Below are positions 63,862-64,000 of a stretch of DNA of 64,000 nucleotides, piece after piece. The stretch's first letter is position 1; every line of letters starts with the position of its first letter. The translations under genes and the position numbers were made by a program. Source of the stretch: a plasmid; the sequence record NZ_CP043850.1; one strand, written 5' to 3'. Under the pieces are notes generated by a model. The model was not told the DNA's origin, ran no database searches, and saw only the letters and a list, made by a program, of their open reading frames with translations.

Positions 63862-64000
63862 AAAGATCAATCAGTCGCCATCTCATTGAGCTTCTGCAGC
63901 CAACTCTTCACGTCCCCCGCAGGGTCTGCTTCTTTTAATCTATCCAATGTCATTTTTTCAAATGCTTCGTCCGCGAGGCGCCTCTTTACGATTTCCTCCT
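63862..64000 (-). CDS. Partial CDS (C-terminal fragment; the gene continues beyond the window) in a low-GC segment
   Basis: Minus-strand frame reading ..EEIVKRRLADEAFEKMTLDRLKEADPAGDVKSWLQKLNEMATD*. Identity unknown. Confidence 0.25.

Noticed and set aside
1-64000. tRNA and rRNA genes
   Set aside because: No cloverleaf or rRNA-like conserved stretches were recognised. A tRNA scan cannot be done reliably by eye, so absence is not proven.

Overview
This window is 64 kb of high-GC (about 70%) actinobacterial DNA. Gene content suggests Micrococcales or a related group, and the organisation looks like a large conjugative plasmid or a plasmid-derived composite. No rRNA, tRNA or CRISPR arrays were recognised; tRNA could not be scanned reliably by eye.

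Modules, in order along the window:
- **Accessory cassette array, 0.5–7.6 kb.** Ten short plus-strand genes each sit behind their own copy of a conserved cassette: a sigma-70-like promoter (−35 TTGCAC/TTGACY, −10 TATGGT/TATAGT) fused to a conserved 5' leader with a short hairpin, and each gene is followed by a GC hairpin terminator. An eleventh copy on the minus strand sits before a small ORF and an XRE-family regulator. Paired-base changes in the hairpin stem across copies support an RNA structure. I consider this the most novel feature.
- **Accessory genes, 7.7–17 kb.** These include a secreted DUF1524 HNH-family nuclease, a merR–merA mercury resistance pair and several hypothetical proteins.
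- **Long minus-strand block, 17–36.6 kb.** It holds a zinc-ribbon/DUF4145-like protein, an excisionase-like HTH protein, a 584-aa Rep-like protein, a glutaredoxin–P-loop fusion, a prepilin peptidase, an unusual LysM–transmembrane–SARP regulator, and a complete Flp/Tad pilus locus (cpaB, tadZ, tadA, tadB, tadC, flp, three tadE-like genes).
- **Second replicon, 36.7–40.9 kb.** An ArsR-like regulator, parA and a partner gene, repA with at least four upstream iterons, and an ECF-like sigma factor.
- **Gram-positive-type T4SS, 41–50.3 kb.** It includes a pilin-like protein, VirB4, VirB6 and an M23 + NlpC/P60 cell-wall hydrolase. No relaxase or coupling protein lies within this window.
- **IS-rich end, 50.7–64 kb.** Two near-identical IS21-family copies, differing by one SNP, bracket an aquaporin, a frameshifted membrane gene and a haloperoxidase-like hydrolase. 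Beyond them are a GNAT acetyltransferase, an IS256-family element, a serine resolvase and an abrupt drop in GC content for the last ~350 bp.
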